This document shows positions 12,986-44,519 of a stretch of DNA of 64,000 nucleotides, one piece after another (position 1 is the first letter of the stretch; each line of letters starts with the position of its first letter). The stretch is from Paraspadella gotoi (Eukaryota > Animalia > Chaetognatha): the NCBI GenBank assembly GCA_051294375.1, contig CM119265.1, forward strand, positions 13,632,124 through 13,696,123. The letters are read 5' to 3'. Under the pieces are notes generated by a model. That model saw nothing but the letters and a program-made list of their open reading frames with translations, did not search any database and was not told the DNA's origin. The translations under genes were made by a program, and so were the position numbers.

Positions 12986-13349
12986 TTTTATAGCCGCATA
13001 TGTTTTCAACTTTCACTCAAAAATGCCTTAGTTTCTTTTTATCCATGGTGATTTACCATTTATTTTCCAGTCTGTCCAAGAGTCTATGCACATATATATT
13101 TTCCAACTCAACGCAAAATATTATTCTCTTTTTATCCTATGATTATGATTATGAAGTTAAAAATCAAATGATAAAATAATAAGAAAGTTAACTATCTAAA
13201 AATAAAAATTTTCTTCCCCTCTGTTTCCATACTTTTCACTTTGTTTCTTCTATGAAATCGTTTCTATTTTTTCTGTAAAATTGAATAAGAAATTTGAAAT
13301 ATTTATCATTTATATGTATTGTAATTTATGTTCAGCTTCGATCCCGAAA

Positions 13350-14515
13350 ATGTTCTCGCTGCGTGTACTCGTCGCCGTCGTTGTGGTTGTCGCCGTCTCC
13401 GCCGTCCAAACGGAGCCTCCATGCTCATCCGAGGTGGGCGTCGACTACCACGGCAACGATTTGTGGCTGCCATTCGGAAAGGCGGACAATGCAAAGGTCA
13501 GTTAAAGACACACGATAAGATAAATTGCCCGAAAGCTTCGTAACGATTGGTGAATGGTTTTGTTTGATGACCCAGGACATGTATTTGTCATGGGATGATA
13601 CAGCAACGTAACCATTTATCGAACAGAATTTCATCCATCCACTTCCAGGTATGCGACACACGATGTCGCAACAACACCCGGTGCAACGCCTTCATGTACA
13701 ACATCCCGAGTCGCAACTGCTACATCAAGACGGCGGCTGCCAACAGGAGACTCGACAATCCCACCAACGTTGCCGGCATCTGCAAGTGCGCGCGTTACGT
13801 CACCCCGGTGCCCGCGCTGCCTCCAATGACCTGCGCTACGGAAATGGGCGTTGACTACACTGGAAATGATATCTGGTCCCATTTCCACACGGCCGAGAAC
13901 CCGGTCGAATGCCAGAAACGCTGTTGGAACCACGCTGGATGTGTCGGTTTCGTCTACCACCCTCCATCCAAGAACTGCTATCTCAAATCGGCCCTGTCAA
14001 ACAGGAACACCAACAACCCGAATAACATGGCTGGCGTCTGCAACAAGCTCAGGAACGTCCCCTGCACCTCCGAGTTGGGAGCTGATTACAAGGGAAATGA
14101 CCTGACCATGACCACCGAGCAGAATGCCAAGGCCTGCAGGAACAGGTGCTCCTCCCGCTCCGATTGCAAGGCTTACACTTACAATGTGCCGAGCAAGCAC
14201 TGCTTCCTCAAGAGCCGGGCGGAGAATCGCAACGAGAACAACCCGCAAGATGTTACTGGCAAATGTGGATTGGAGGTGCCCTTCTACCCACCTCCGCCAT
14301 GCACGTGCTCAGTTGAGCTTGGTGCCGACTATTCGGGCAATGACATCCGGAACCAACGGGTCAGCGACGCTCCCACTTGCCGGGAGATGTGCCTGGCGGA
14401 GATCCGTTGCAAAGCCTACACCTTCAATTTCATCGATAATATGTGCTACCTCAAGCACAGGGCTGCCAATAGGAACGAGAATAACCCAAATAATGTCGCT
14501 GGAATCTGCAACTGA
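13350..14515 (+). CDS. Secreted protein with four tandem PAN/Apple-like (PAN_4-type) domains, about 337 aa
   Basis: Exons 13350-13496 and 13649-14515 (phase 0, GT-AG). Signal peptide MFSLRVLVAVVVVVAVSA. Four repeats of C..E.G.DY.GND...C...C.....C.(A/G)(F/Y).(Y/F)N....C(Y/F)(L/I)K...G.C; AATAAA at about 14680. Confidence 0.9.
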
Positions 14516-15679
14516 AGTCGCAAAAAAATATAAAAAATTCAAATTTTGAACGATGTTCAGTTTTCAAAGCGATTTTTGCGCCTCGGTCCGACCGCACCGA
14601 TTTAAAGATTTATAACCAACTGCATTTGTTTTTAAACTGTATCAATGTATTCTTTAGCATGGCTGTGAAAAATTGTTTGAATAAAACAAAAATTTAGAAT
14701 TAAATCGAGCATTTTATAATAAAAAAAATTGATGACAGGACTGCAAAGTAAGGGGTGAAGAATCGCCGATTCATTAGTTATGAAAATAAAAAATTCGCCG
14801 CCCTTGTATTCTCTGATCTCATCGTATACTTGTAGATTTCTAAACTGACAGACCTACAGCTTACTGTTTAGGTGAAAGTTTTTTGAAATTATGAAGTGTC
14901 GTCCGTGTAGGGACACTGCGCACGACCCTTTTGAAGCGATCACCGATGGGGGACACCAGCAACCTAACCCGGTTGTCTCATAGGCCCAAAGCCTCCCTGA
15001 GCCGGAGACAAAAACCCGTGGGCAAGAAAAACTATTTATCGATGCCGTTAATTAGAATTAGGATTAGAATTTATTCAGAAAGGACGGGGCGGGAGTAGTC
15101 CATGGGTCAGTAGTGACTACTGTGATTATTTGTATACTGTCCGCGATCATTTGTAACCGCGACCCATGGTCTGTACTGTCAGTACAGAGTTAACTGCAGG
15201 GACTCGCCGCTGCCTTTTTGTTTTTTTGTTTTTCCTTGTGTCCAAACTGAATTATTAATTAGTAAATAGAAAGATAGATGTAACAGTTTTCTTAAATTAG
15301 GAATATTTATTGTGTTTTTTCAATGTTTTGTTTCAATAGATTTGTAAATATTTTTCTGGAAAAGAAACGATTAAGTTTCTCTTTTTGAATATTGGACTAG
15401 TACCTGTTATTTAAATTAGTATTTTAATTATTGCTCTCTATTGACAAGCGACCAAAGTCGAACTGAGCATCGGACCAAGTCACTTATCAACCAAATTCAA
15501 CCACCCAACGTTTTCGACTTTTTTTTTATTAAACTTCTTTTTTTTTTATTCTTTCGGCGCCTCTTGACCATTGACCACAAAGACGAGGAAAAAAATGTTT
15601 TTAAAAATAATTTAGGAAGAAAGCTGGAGAGATAAAAGCAAAGAAGTAAAATAAGGAAAAAAATAAAGAGAGAGAAAGA

Positions 15680-15681
15680 GA

Positions 15682-15725
<44 letters not shown>
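15680..15725. repeat. (AG)n microsatellite
   Basis: Direct observation. Confidence 0.95.
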
Positions 15726-15728
<3 letters not shown>

Positions 15729-16516
15729 GACTAAATACGAGACAATCTTCCTTTGAAAGGTCGCTCTGGAAATGGTTTGGCCACTTTCCCGATATTGAGG
15801 TTCTCTTCAGAGTCTCGCTGCCTTCGTTAAATCATCATCATTATCTTCTTCCTTCTCTTCCTCGATTTCTCCTTTCTACCTTTTGTTTCTTTCTATCTGT
15901 GCTGTAGTTAGCGTTGTTGTTGTCGTTGTTGATTAGTCGAGCGTCTTCCTCAGCGTCACCGCTCTCTTCTCTCGCAGAGAGACTTCGCGCCTTGGAAATA
16001 TCGTGACGCGTCGAATTCCCGAATTCCAATGCGACGACAACTTTTATGACGATGACGAAGACGACAAGAAATCCGCGAAGAAATCTATTAAATTTTTGTT
16101 ATTTCTTACTATATGGTACTCAGCAGTAACTCTATAAAAATTCAAACTTATTTATTTGAAAAGAAGCGTAGTACTCACATTTCCGCATGTTTATAAATTT
16201 TTTTCTTTTCTATTTTGGTTGAGGAGCTGCAGAGTTTCTGGCTTATTTATTTCAAAAATTAAAGAAAACTGCTTAATCATAACGAAAAAAAATTCTTATT
16301 CAACATAAACTTTATTCACAAAAACATTATAAGAACAACCAAGATACTATAAAAAATTTATTGGTAAGCCACGTAACGAACAACATTTATTTGATTGTTT
16401 TTTTCGGCGACGAAAAAACGGTATTTCTCTGAATAAAATATGAATATTATGTAATCAATCCTCGTGCCAAACTCTTTCCATAGACGGCGACATCGTTTAT
16501 TCTCCCAAGAATCGAA

Positions 16517-24266
<7,750 letters not shown>

Positions 24267-26629
24267 GAATAGAAATAGAAAGAAAGCGAGTTAAGAAAAG
24301 TTTATTCTTCCCAGAACTTGATTACTTTTTCGATACTTAATGAATTATGAAGACACCAGACACAAAATTGACAAAGTGCCTTGAATGTTGCTATATGTAT
24401 ATGCCAAATACATCTGTTATGTATCAATCAGAAATAGTGTTTTTCATTAGTAATTTTCACATTAGTAAAAATCACATTTTTAGTACTTAATCGAAAATAG
24501 TCGACGTTTCTTCGAATAAGAGTAACTATTACTCGTACATGCGTTTGCGTAAGAAAACTTTGGAAGAAAAAAAGAAGAAAGTTAATGACTCGTTTTTCTT
24601 AGCTTTAACTTTAAGCCATTGTTTCCCACGTGGAGTTTCTTAAATCATCTTCAGTTCACCTTACGAGAGGCAAGGTCACCATATCGGCTATTTTAGGTAG
24701 GTCGCTGCATCGTTCTGGAGATAATTTAGCGGGAGTAGGATGTTTATATTAAGTAAATGTGGCAGGAGTTGTTCAGATGGAAGAATAAAAATGACAAATT
24801 AAAGACGCTAAGTCTAACAATGAGAAGAAGAAGAAAGGAGAAAGAGAGAGAGGATGCCACCATACGTTTTTTTTTTAAATCGTTTGAGAAAGTTTTCACG
24901 ATTATTTAATTTTTTTTTTCTAATGACCAGGACCTAATAGTGATACTGATGGGGGCTTTTTAGACTTCAGGCCTGCCATTCACAGTCCACATGTTATCCT
25001 TAAAAACGTTTCGCTACGTTTCGTTCGTGGCTACGCATTTTAGAATTCAGGACTTTCGATATATAAGCACATTGCACAGGCGACTCGTAACTTGAAAGCT
25101 CTTGCACCTGCGTATGTACTCTCCATTACTAGGTACACTATTTATTTATCTATTTATCTACTGAGACTACTTTCAAATCTCCAAAAATTAATGGCAAAAA
25201 TTATGACTAGTAATGAAACGTTTTTATTCATGTTCTGATAACCCAGGTATGAACAGAATTAAACAGATTCAAATATATTTTGTCGCATTTGAACCAATGG
25301 CAATGACGTCAGCTACTAAACTAAAAAGCCTAAAAAAAAACCGAGTATTTTTTTTTTCACCGCCGCTTATTTACTTAAGGCGCCTCTCTCGATCGCGCCG
25401 CCGCTTCCGCCGGTGACAGCGTTCGCTCCGGCATTTTGCACGCGAACAATTCTTGAGTCGGAAACGCGCGCGAATGGAAGCGACGGCGCGTGGTAGAGAC
25501 GTGACGCCGCGAGAGCGCGCGCGAACCAAAAGCCGATAACGAAGACGTCGAAACGCGATAACTTTTCGGAATATTTTTTTTGAAAATTTAGTATTTATAT
25601 ATATTTTTCTATATATTTCCATTTATTCCATTTATATTTCAATGTAATAACTAACTACTATTAATATGAATATTTTCATTTCCGTTTTTCTTTGATTTGA
25701 GCGAAGAAATTTGGCGGATTAAACGAATGTCTGATTATGCGCGTTACATGTGCGTTAATTCTTGCGGTTCTAACACGGAATTAAACTCAGCTGCCCGAAA
25801 GAAAATAAGGCCTGGATAAGAGACTCGCACGTAACTCTTATATCCTTTATGTTCTTATTATAAATTAAATACACTTGGAAGATTTTGCCATTTCAAGAGG
25901 CCGAAGTAACAGCTAATAAGTATATAATAGTATTTTTAGCTAGAGATATAAATGTCGACAGCTATTTTACGCTATTTTACGCAATTTTTCCCCTTAAACC
26001 AAGATGCTGGTGGTAGGCAGCGGCTGATACCTAATAGCAAGGAAAGTAATTTTGATTTAACAATCAGTGAGCTTGAGATTCGAAACAGTGACGTTGCCGA
26101 CCGTTAAAGGACAATCCTTTAAAATACAACAAATCAGAAATTTCGAATAAATTTTCTGATTTCGCGCTGCTGACAAGAATCGCTAAGACTAAGTTGTTTC
26201 TGTCTTTTTGTCAGATTGTTTATTTCCTTTTCTGTCGATAGATTCAGCACCAAGAGATTTCGCTCTCAAAAGTAAAAGCTCGGCGTAAAAGCATATTCTC
26301 GCAAATCAATGAGCGCCGCTTGTAGGAGGAGACAACAAGTCAATTTCGTTACCTTGAATTTTTTAGTGCCTTACCTCAATTTGCTTTCCTCCTTTCTTCA
26401 TCTTTTCTCCAAAATCAAAAGGTCAGGTTGACATTTTTACTTGCAAGACTCGCAAATTGCATCAAGGATAAGCATTTAAAACTTCTACTTTTTATTGTAT
26501 TCTCCCTCTATGAAATTATATAATAAATATATGAATATTATAATGAAATTATATCGGTCGGCCAACGAGCCATGAAATCGAAACCATTGTTGGCATTGAC
26601 AATGCCATTTTGGTTGAACTTTCCATATA

Positions 26630-26733
26630 CCAATTTAAGGCCTTAAACCACCAAAGCCTGTCCAAAGTCAGGGACAAGATAGCTGATTTATTAAATGAAT
26701 GGATAATTTTTATATTGGTTGTACCATTTCATA
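26630..26733 (-). repeat. Repeat family G terminal fragment
   Basis: aagcctgtccaaagtcagggacaagatagctgatttattaaatgaatggataatttttatattggttgtaccatttcata matches the reverse complement of 17652-17740. Confidence 0.75.
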
Positions 26734-26745
26734 TTATGTATAGAC

Positions 26746-27474
26746 TATGGCAACAGCCGGGTTGCCTGTGATGCCCATTGGGATGGGGCATCTCACTGTT
26801 GGCTTTGGGGGCTTCCGACCCTCAGTGACGCCTCCAGTCACTGGCGCGGTTACCCTAGGACGGTCTCGCTTTGCCACGCAGAGGGAAGTCGTTAGGACTG
26901 TGTGATGGAACACTATGCCTGGATGGTGTGTTCCCTCTGAGCCAATGGATTTGGCTGAAGGATGGTGGACGTGAGGCGTGTGAAATACCGCCACAGGATC
27001 CCCGGGTCAAGACATCACTCAGGTTCCTCAAGCCGAGAGGTGTCTGACAAGACTGTTACCATGTGGGAGAGAGAGAGCGCAAGTTGTGGGGGCATAGCGT
27101 TTTGTCGTAGCGTACCCAGGGCATAGGCGTTTGTCATAGCGTACCCGAAGTTGGCAGGGCATAGGCGTTTGTCGTAGCGTACCCTGAGAAGGTTGCGTGT
27201 TCGATAGTAGGGCTCACCACTTATGGCAACAGCCGGGTTAGCCTGTGATCCATTGGGATGGGGCATCTCACTGTTGGCTTTGGGGGCTTCCGACCCTCAG
27301 TGACGCCTCCAGTCACTGGCGCGGTTACCCTAGGACGGTCTCGCTTTGCCAACGCAGAGGGAAGTCGTTAGGACTGTGGATGGAACACTACGCCTGGGAT
27401 GGTGTGTTCCCCTCTGAGCCAAATGGATTTGGCTGAAGGATGGTGACGTGAGGCGGTGTGAATATACCGCCACA
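26746..27474 (-). mobile_element. Complete TRIM, family C
   Basis: LTRs 27222-27474 and 26746-26995 (TGTGGC...GCCATA); TSD AGAC at 26742-26745 and 27475-27478; PBS about 27185-27219; short purine tract GGGGAT before 3' LTR; A-box-like TGGCTCAGAGG and B-box-like GTTCCATCC in LTR. Confidence 0.9.
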
Positions 27475-27510
27475 AGACTCAACTTTCACAGAGAAAAAAT
27501 GTAAAATCAC

Positions 27511-27556
27511 TTGCTGATGAAGACTCTAAAACTGTAAGAGTCGAAACATGACCGAC
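27511..27556 (+). ncRNA. Degenerate hammerhead ribozyme motif (probably inactive)
   Basis: CTGATGA a GACTC taaaactgtaa GAGTC GAAA CATG AC: conserved U of the cleavage triplet is replaced by A; stem I poor. Confidence 0.6.
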
Positions 27557-27915
27557 TTACTTGTCATAAAAATTTGTTGCCACATTTCAAAAAACTGTTT
27601 TTCCTTATAATATATTGTATTTATTTTTTTTGGGGGGGGATGAAAATTTTTCCTATGGGAAATAACTAAAAAAGCAAAGACTGACACTTGCAAAGACGGT
27701 GCCAAGGAATTTATTGCGGAAAAAAAAAGACAAAAAGCAAAACAAGGAATGAAAATTTCAAGGTGTTGCGCCAAATTAAGTTTGCTTTCAAAGTATCCAA
27801 TTATTATATATTATATATTTTCTAGTTTTCTCAAATGGAATATGTAAAAGAAGTGTTCATAGCATATTGCTTAATTAATAATCATAAAGACTCAGTATTG
27901 TGTATAACATAATAG

Positions 27916-28105
27916 TGTAGTGACCCGGATGCTCATTGAGTAAAGCCATCAGCTCATGACCACTAGGTACTGCGTTCAATCCCAACCCAGTACCTACCCT
28001 GCGGGAAGCGTGAGGATGGCCATAAGCCGCCTTGGGGGCGTGGAAAACCTTCAAGCCTGGTTCCGAGCCCAGGACCCGTTCCATGGCTGCAAGAGGGGTT
28101 AAAGA
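27916..28105 (+). mobile_element. Family B tRNA-headed element (SINE or LTR fragment)
   Basis: gtgacccggatgctcattgag...gcgttcaatccc head plus body ccctgcgggaagcgtgagga...gacccgttccatggctgc shared with 59460-59690 (reverse). Confidence 0.75.
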
Positions 28106-28951
28106 AGTTGCAGATAGATGTGAGATAGTATGATTAACTAGTACAAAAGCTATTTTGTTCATATTGTCTCGGGATTAGAATAGTAAAAAATGATATATTT
28201 GTAGTAATATTCTTATAATATAGTTAATTTTAATTTTTTTTTTTAACTTTTAATAAAGATTTAGATTCTTCATAAAAAGTTGAATAAAAAATATAAAACA
28301 TGTTATCAAAAATTCTGTCATCTTCAGCGTTAAAACGGGGGAAAAAGGTGAAAATTTATGACTTTTTTATACTCTGTAGTAGAAACTTATATATTGTTAA
28401 AACGTTTTAGTCATTTTTTAAGGTCTAAACATTAAAATATTATGTAACATATTTTATAAAAGCTTCTTAGTTTTTTATGGCGAATCCAAATCTGTTTTTA
28501 AAAATAAAATAAAAATATTTTGAAATCTAATGATTTTATAATTGAAAAATAAATAATTGAATTTACTTTACAGTTATGCTAAAAAATTTTTTTAAAGGAT
28601 TTAAAGTTCGTTAATGACATGTCCAAAATAATGTTCAATCGCTCAATCTTTTCAACACTCCACCCTGTATAGTATAGTTTGTCGTTAAATACTATTCCCG
28701 ATTGACTTTTCTGCCTGCACACCTACGGCAGTTAATCGATTTTTAAAAACTGGAGTTGATGGAAAAATCTTTCTTCGCCAGGTTTTCGATTTCCAAACTT
28801 AAAAACTTTAAACAAAAAAAAACTAAAAATTGTTTTACTTGGTCGGCTAGAACCTAAACTCTGCTCCAATCGACGAACTTCGCTCCATTCTCCCCAAAAA
28901 CGACGTCGTTTTCTCGACAACGAGACCGCCGCGCCATTTTCGCGGCCGGAT

Positions 28952-31900
28952 ATGGCGCCGGATCCCGACCCGGGCGACGCTAAGGAAGACGCCGCCAACT
29001 CCTCTCAACCCATCTACTACTGCTCCATGCGAATAGATCCCTTCTACGCCGTGCCCATCTACGGCTACGTCGTCCCTTGCCTCGTGGCTCTCACCTGCCT
29101 GCTCAACGCGATCATCTTCCTCGTGCTCATGAGAAAACCCATGAGGTCGCAGACGCACTCGATCTTGGCGGCGATCGCGGTCTCGGACACGCTCACCGGT
29201 GAGAGTGAGACAGGAAAGAGGAGGAAGTGAGGATTCACGCTTTTACGATTTTACGATCGAAATTATTAACTAATATTTAAAAAAAACAACAAAAAAAAAA
29301 ACAGTTTAACGGAAAAGAATTGAAGTTTGAACGATATATTTTCTAACATTAAACTTTTTTTAATTAGATATATTATATTATATTATATATATATTATATT
29401 ATATTTTTGATAAAGAATATTCGTGTATATATACGCTCCTTCGAGATCAATGTCCCTCTTGTTGCAGCACTCCGATCGTTTTTGTTGCTATTGTTTGTTG
29501 TTTGTCGCTAACGTGGATTTCTAACATAATAGTTAATCATCGCTGTAACTGAAATTTTGCCTCGCATTATTGCGTCACAGATGTCGTCGTCGACGGTGTC
29601 ATGGTTTTTGTTGTCATTGACGTCATTTCATTCGAAATCTTTGCCAAATCCTGGCGATAACGAGGTTATCGATGACCAAGAGCTCTGTTTTCCGGGCGTG
29701 GGGATTATCTTTGGAATCTATTCCCTTTTGAGTCAAAGCAATTTGTCACTGTGCCCGAAGCGCAGGGATTTCTTTAGAAAAAAAAACCTCTGGAAAACGA
29801 GATTTCACAAAATGTCGAACGAGTCTTTCGATTTTTTGTTTGTTTGTTTGTTTTTTTTTGTCACTATTTTTTTATTTATACGGTTGGTCTGTTGATGTGC
29901 CTCTAGATCCCTGAGCGGAAATTCCCTTTAAAATTTATACATTCGAAAGTAAATATTCACAAAAACGCCAAAAAAATATGTACACTGCGGTGCAAAAAAA
30001 GTAGCAATTTTTTCACATCGAAAGAACCGTATTGGATGGCTGAATTCTATAAAGATATAAAAATATAAAATAAATCTTATTTAAAGATTGGTTCAAATCC
30101 CAATAAAATCGAGCAAAGCTTTTGAAAGTTATAAGACGACAAAATTGATTGGTAAAAATTTTTTTTTAAAAAAGAAATTAATTTTTTTTTAGTCAATAAG
30201 AGTGAATGACTTTCCCTATTACAAAATGTTTACAATATAAAATTGGCTGAACAAATTTAGCATAGAATATTTGTATATTAAAATAAGTAAGGAAACTATA
30301 TAAAAAAATATTTTATCATCAGTAAAAAAAAATTATTACCAACTTAACCTTTAAAAATCACTTTTTCCCAATTCCGTTTTCAGACTCTGACTTTAAAGTA
30401 CTCCTGTATTCTACTCACTGAACCAATTAATTTTTTTCTTGCACCAATCGATAGTTTTTAAAAAGCTATACTTTTTATAAATATTTTTTCAAAATTAAAA
30501 AAAAAATAATGGGATATTTAAAGCTCACAAGTGGCTACTTTTTTTTTGCGCCGCAGTGTAGTTATCGTCATTCTCATGTGCCTCAAATGATGAAAGTTTT
30601 TTTCCCCATCTTTGTGACAATTTTGCCATCGAATTTGATGTTATACTTATTATGTAAATAATTAAGTCATTATATAATATATATATATCTCAACTTACGG
30701 CGTCCGACAACAATCCTCTCTTTGAAATCTAAGGTCTCTTCCCTCTACCACTCTTCGTCTATCTCTATACGTTGGGTGGGTTTCGCGACTATCTCCCTCT
30801 GCGGTGGTGTCATCTGCAACTGCTTCTCTACCGCGCCCTTCCCGTCGTCTTTCATACCGCCTCCATCTGGTTGACGACCCTTTTGGCGTTGCACCGCTAC
30901 GTGGGCGTTTGTCGATGGACCAAGACTCGACGATGGATCCCCAAATCGAGGATTAGATATGTAATCTTACTCATCTATGGCGCCGCTACGGCGATGCAGG
31001 TGTGTATACTGTATCGATCATAAATCTTAATGCGAAGCCTTTTTAAAATTTTTATTTTTTAAGTTTTTTTCATTTAACCAACCATTATTAAAACAAAAAA
31101 ATGTAGTGGTTATACGGTTAACTCTTGCGACATGTGATTCATTAGCCGACGATTCCTTAATCCTAATTTGCATTTTTAATTGCTTCCTCGATTCTCTTCC
31201 TCTTTCCATCTTTCGTTCTTCCTTCATTTGTCAGTTTCCCACCCTCTTCGAGCATCACGTGGTCCCCATTCAAGTCAAGTCTCGAATGGACAACTCGACG
31301 ACGGTATTGACGGGCCACTTGGTGTTCCAGGATTGGCTCCTGCCTCGGATCAATCTCTATTACAACGCTTACTATTGGTTCCGCGTAGTCTTTGTCAATC
31401 TTGTTCCTTGCAGCGTGCTCGTCTTCGTCAACCGAGAGTTGGTAGGTTCTGCTTTTTTTTTGTTTCTGTGGTTTTTTTTTTGGGGGGGGGGTTTCGGTTC
31501 TGTTCTGAATATTTGATAACCGGACCAAGTTTCTATATATATAATTCATACAGAATCGAATGCTCTTACTTTTCCATCTTTGAAATCTTTTTTGTCTATT
31601 TTGTTCGTTTTATACGCATACTTACGTATTTCCTATCGTTCTTCGATGAATGCTTGTTCTCATTTATATTAAATAACGAACATCGCATTTTCCGCGCGCA
31701 GGTGAAAACTATCGCGGACGGACAATTCATGCGCGCCTCCTTGATCCAACGATTCGACAGCGACGTCAACGACGACGACGCCGAACTCTTCATCTACTTT
31801 CAACGGCGGCCATCTAGCGACGTCAATTTCGACGGTTTTGACGTCAAGACCGTCAAAGGGAGCAACTCCGGCGAAAGGGAGAGCGGGGTTCGATACAACC

Positions 31901-33352
31901 ATTCGCTTCGTCGACTCGGCGTCGAGTCCGTTGACGATGCGATCGGCAGAGGCGACGCCTTTAGATCGAGCGCGCATCTTTGGCGGAAGCTCGATTCGGA
32001 AGACAATCAACTCGTGTTCGATTATCCGACCGTCAAGGATCATCGCTTTAGAAGCAGAAACGCACAGTTCGCTCTGTATCAACAGGTAAACACTAAACGG
32101 GGAGATCGAGATTTCATTTTGGCTTCGACTTTTTTACACGACCAGATTGCCTACACAGATTACATAATTGTACTGAATCAACCTTGTTGTATTCGAATAA
32201 AATCGCATATGAAAGGATTTCTGTTGCACCGCGAGAAATGGCGGAATATCTTTTTAAGTCTCCTTGGTGTGTACTTTCGTCCCCACGTCTAAATTACATA
32301 ACGATATGCGATTACTTTGCAGACACTAAATAAACAAGTGAAGAGATTTTAATTAACGTACATCACTTATTATCCTAATATTTCTAAAAATTTCTACGAT
32401 CCCCACAAGACGCTTAATTTCGCATTTGTTTTTAAAAATCTTTAAAAAATGCAAATTAGGTGAGACATGAGGAAAACAAATGAGCAGCTCTCCCCTCCTT
32501 CCCCAGAAACTCCAGCGACAAAAGGAGAGACGTGAGCGACGGACGACGACGATGCTAGTCGCCGTGGTGACGGTGTTTCTGATGGTGGAGGTGCCCATGG
32601 CCGCCTTCTTTACGCTGCACGTGCTTGACGGAACTTGGGACTTGGGTCTGGCCAAGTATGAGATCTTTAAAACAAGCGAGATCTTCCTCAACTTTGGCAT
32701 TTTGCTCTCCTACCCCATCAACTTTTTTGTCTACTGCTTTATGAGCAAACAGTTTCGCGACTCTTTCTTCGAATTGCTCGGAAAGAAAAAATCTACGTGA
32801 GTCTTATTCAATTAGTTTTTAGTTGCGCCGCGAGCACTCGCGGAGGAACTCACTTTTCGGTCGGTCGGTCGATCTGTCGGTATGTCATGGTCTGTCCGTC
32901 GTCTGTCCCACTTACGTTAAAAATGCTCATAACTTGCATATGCAATGCATATAGTTGGTTGCTCAAAACTAAGGGACCGCCTTCAGGAAATAAAAGACAA
33001 GACAAAATTCCGATGCAGTGCTTGTCTCGTTGTCATGTCATGTAATGTCATGTCATGTCACAATAAACACACGTGATAAGGCAGTCACTGGCAACACATT
33101 TGAATTACCGTTCTTGTTTATTTATTAGCTTCTTTAAATATTTTATTCTATTATATTTTAACCGGCTCATCACTTCCATGAAACCTAACCGTTCTGCCTG
33201 CCAATAACAATTAAGAAAGTCTAGGAAAAAAGTTACATTCTTAAACGTTTTGCTCTTGCAGGGAGTTGGACGTCGGACTTCGAGTGCGCTTTTCCTGCCA
33301 CAATACTCCACAGGACGGCTCCAGTTCAGATCCGGACGGAAAACTATCCTAG
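28952..33352 (+). CDS. Class A peptide GPCR, sex-peptide/myoinhibitory-peptide receptor-like, about 494 aa
   Basis: Exons 28952-29198, 30734-30999, 31235-31441, 31702-32085, 32507-32796, 33262-33352 (1485 nt, in frame). Motifs AVSDTLTGLFPLP, FHTASIWLT..LA.HRY..VC, YYWFRVVFVNLVPC, TTMLVAVVTVFLMVEVP, LSYPINFFVYCFMSKQFR. Orthology versus SPR paralogues not established. Confidence 0.88.
29983..30558. mobile_element. Tc1-like MITE in GPCR intron 1
   Basis: TIRs cactgcgg(t/c)gcaaaaaaagtagc / gctacttttttttgcgccgcagtg, TA on both sides. Confidence 0.8.
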
Positions 33353-34330
33353 AGTTATACAATATACATACTTTATTCATATTTCGAAATCTGTGATAGG
33401 CTGTGTTAGCTCCTTTAAGATGCAGGAACCGGAAAATATTTCTTACTGAATGTTATGAGTTATGACATAACTTATGTATAAATTATGTATTAACTGTCCG
33501 TTACACTTGCTGCCAAAGCGCTAATAATGTAAGTATACAATTCACCGTCGAATGAACATGTACCTCCCCGATGTAAACAGCAAGAAAGCTTTTTCTGGAT
33601 GACTTAATGTTTCACTGTCTGTTTACCAAGTCATTTGGAAACGTGGTTTCTAGAAAACTCACGTCTTTGTAACTGTCTCATGAATACTTACATTGTTGTT
33701 TATACACGTACTGTCCACAAATCTTTATCACCCGCTGTTAAAGCTAGAAAAAACTAGACAATCTTACTTCATTGACTTCAGTTTAAGGCCTAAAGAAAAC
33801 ATGGACCATTTTTTGGTAATTTTTGTAATATGAGGTCTAAGAACAAAGTGAAATGGAGTTGGTTACTGCAGCCGCCGTTCAGCAGCTTGTAATTAAAGAT
33901 GCGAAACCAAAACATTTTAGATCCAGTTCACTTTAATCTCTATAATCTGTATAATTATAACCCATAAAATATATTGGGATCAGCCAAAACAATTTTAACG
34001 ATCAATAATAGAACAGTGAAAAAGAAAATCACAGAAAAAGGAAATGAAAAATTTTTCCCGTGTTTAAAGGTCATTATTAAACATGGTACTAATGTATAGA
34101 TGATAACGATGGAGAGAAAACTTCCCGAAAATACTGTCAAAAGATACAATTGCCCCCGGGAGAGTCCCATCTGACTACCCGGATATAATACCGACGGAAA
34201 TTTGCCAAAATATAGGGAGGAAAAATTTGCCGACGAAATTTTCAACGAATCACAAAAATGCTTCGAGGTCTGTCGACGTTGGGTTAATGAAATGATGGCT
34301 CTGCCATCGTGGGTTTCTTTCTAGGCTCCA

Positions 34331-44519
<10,189 letters not shown>

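Noticed and set aside
14900-15215. GC-richer patch resembling 7270-7370 and the start of family E
   Set aside because: Only short shared words (ctcctgagccg, cgccgctgcctttt); ends and class could not be defined.
31180-32292. 370-aa ORF as a single gene
   Set aside because: Only 31702-32085 is GPCR exon in this frame; the rest is open intron or off-frame exon.
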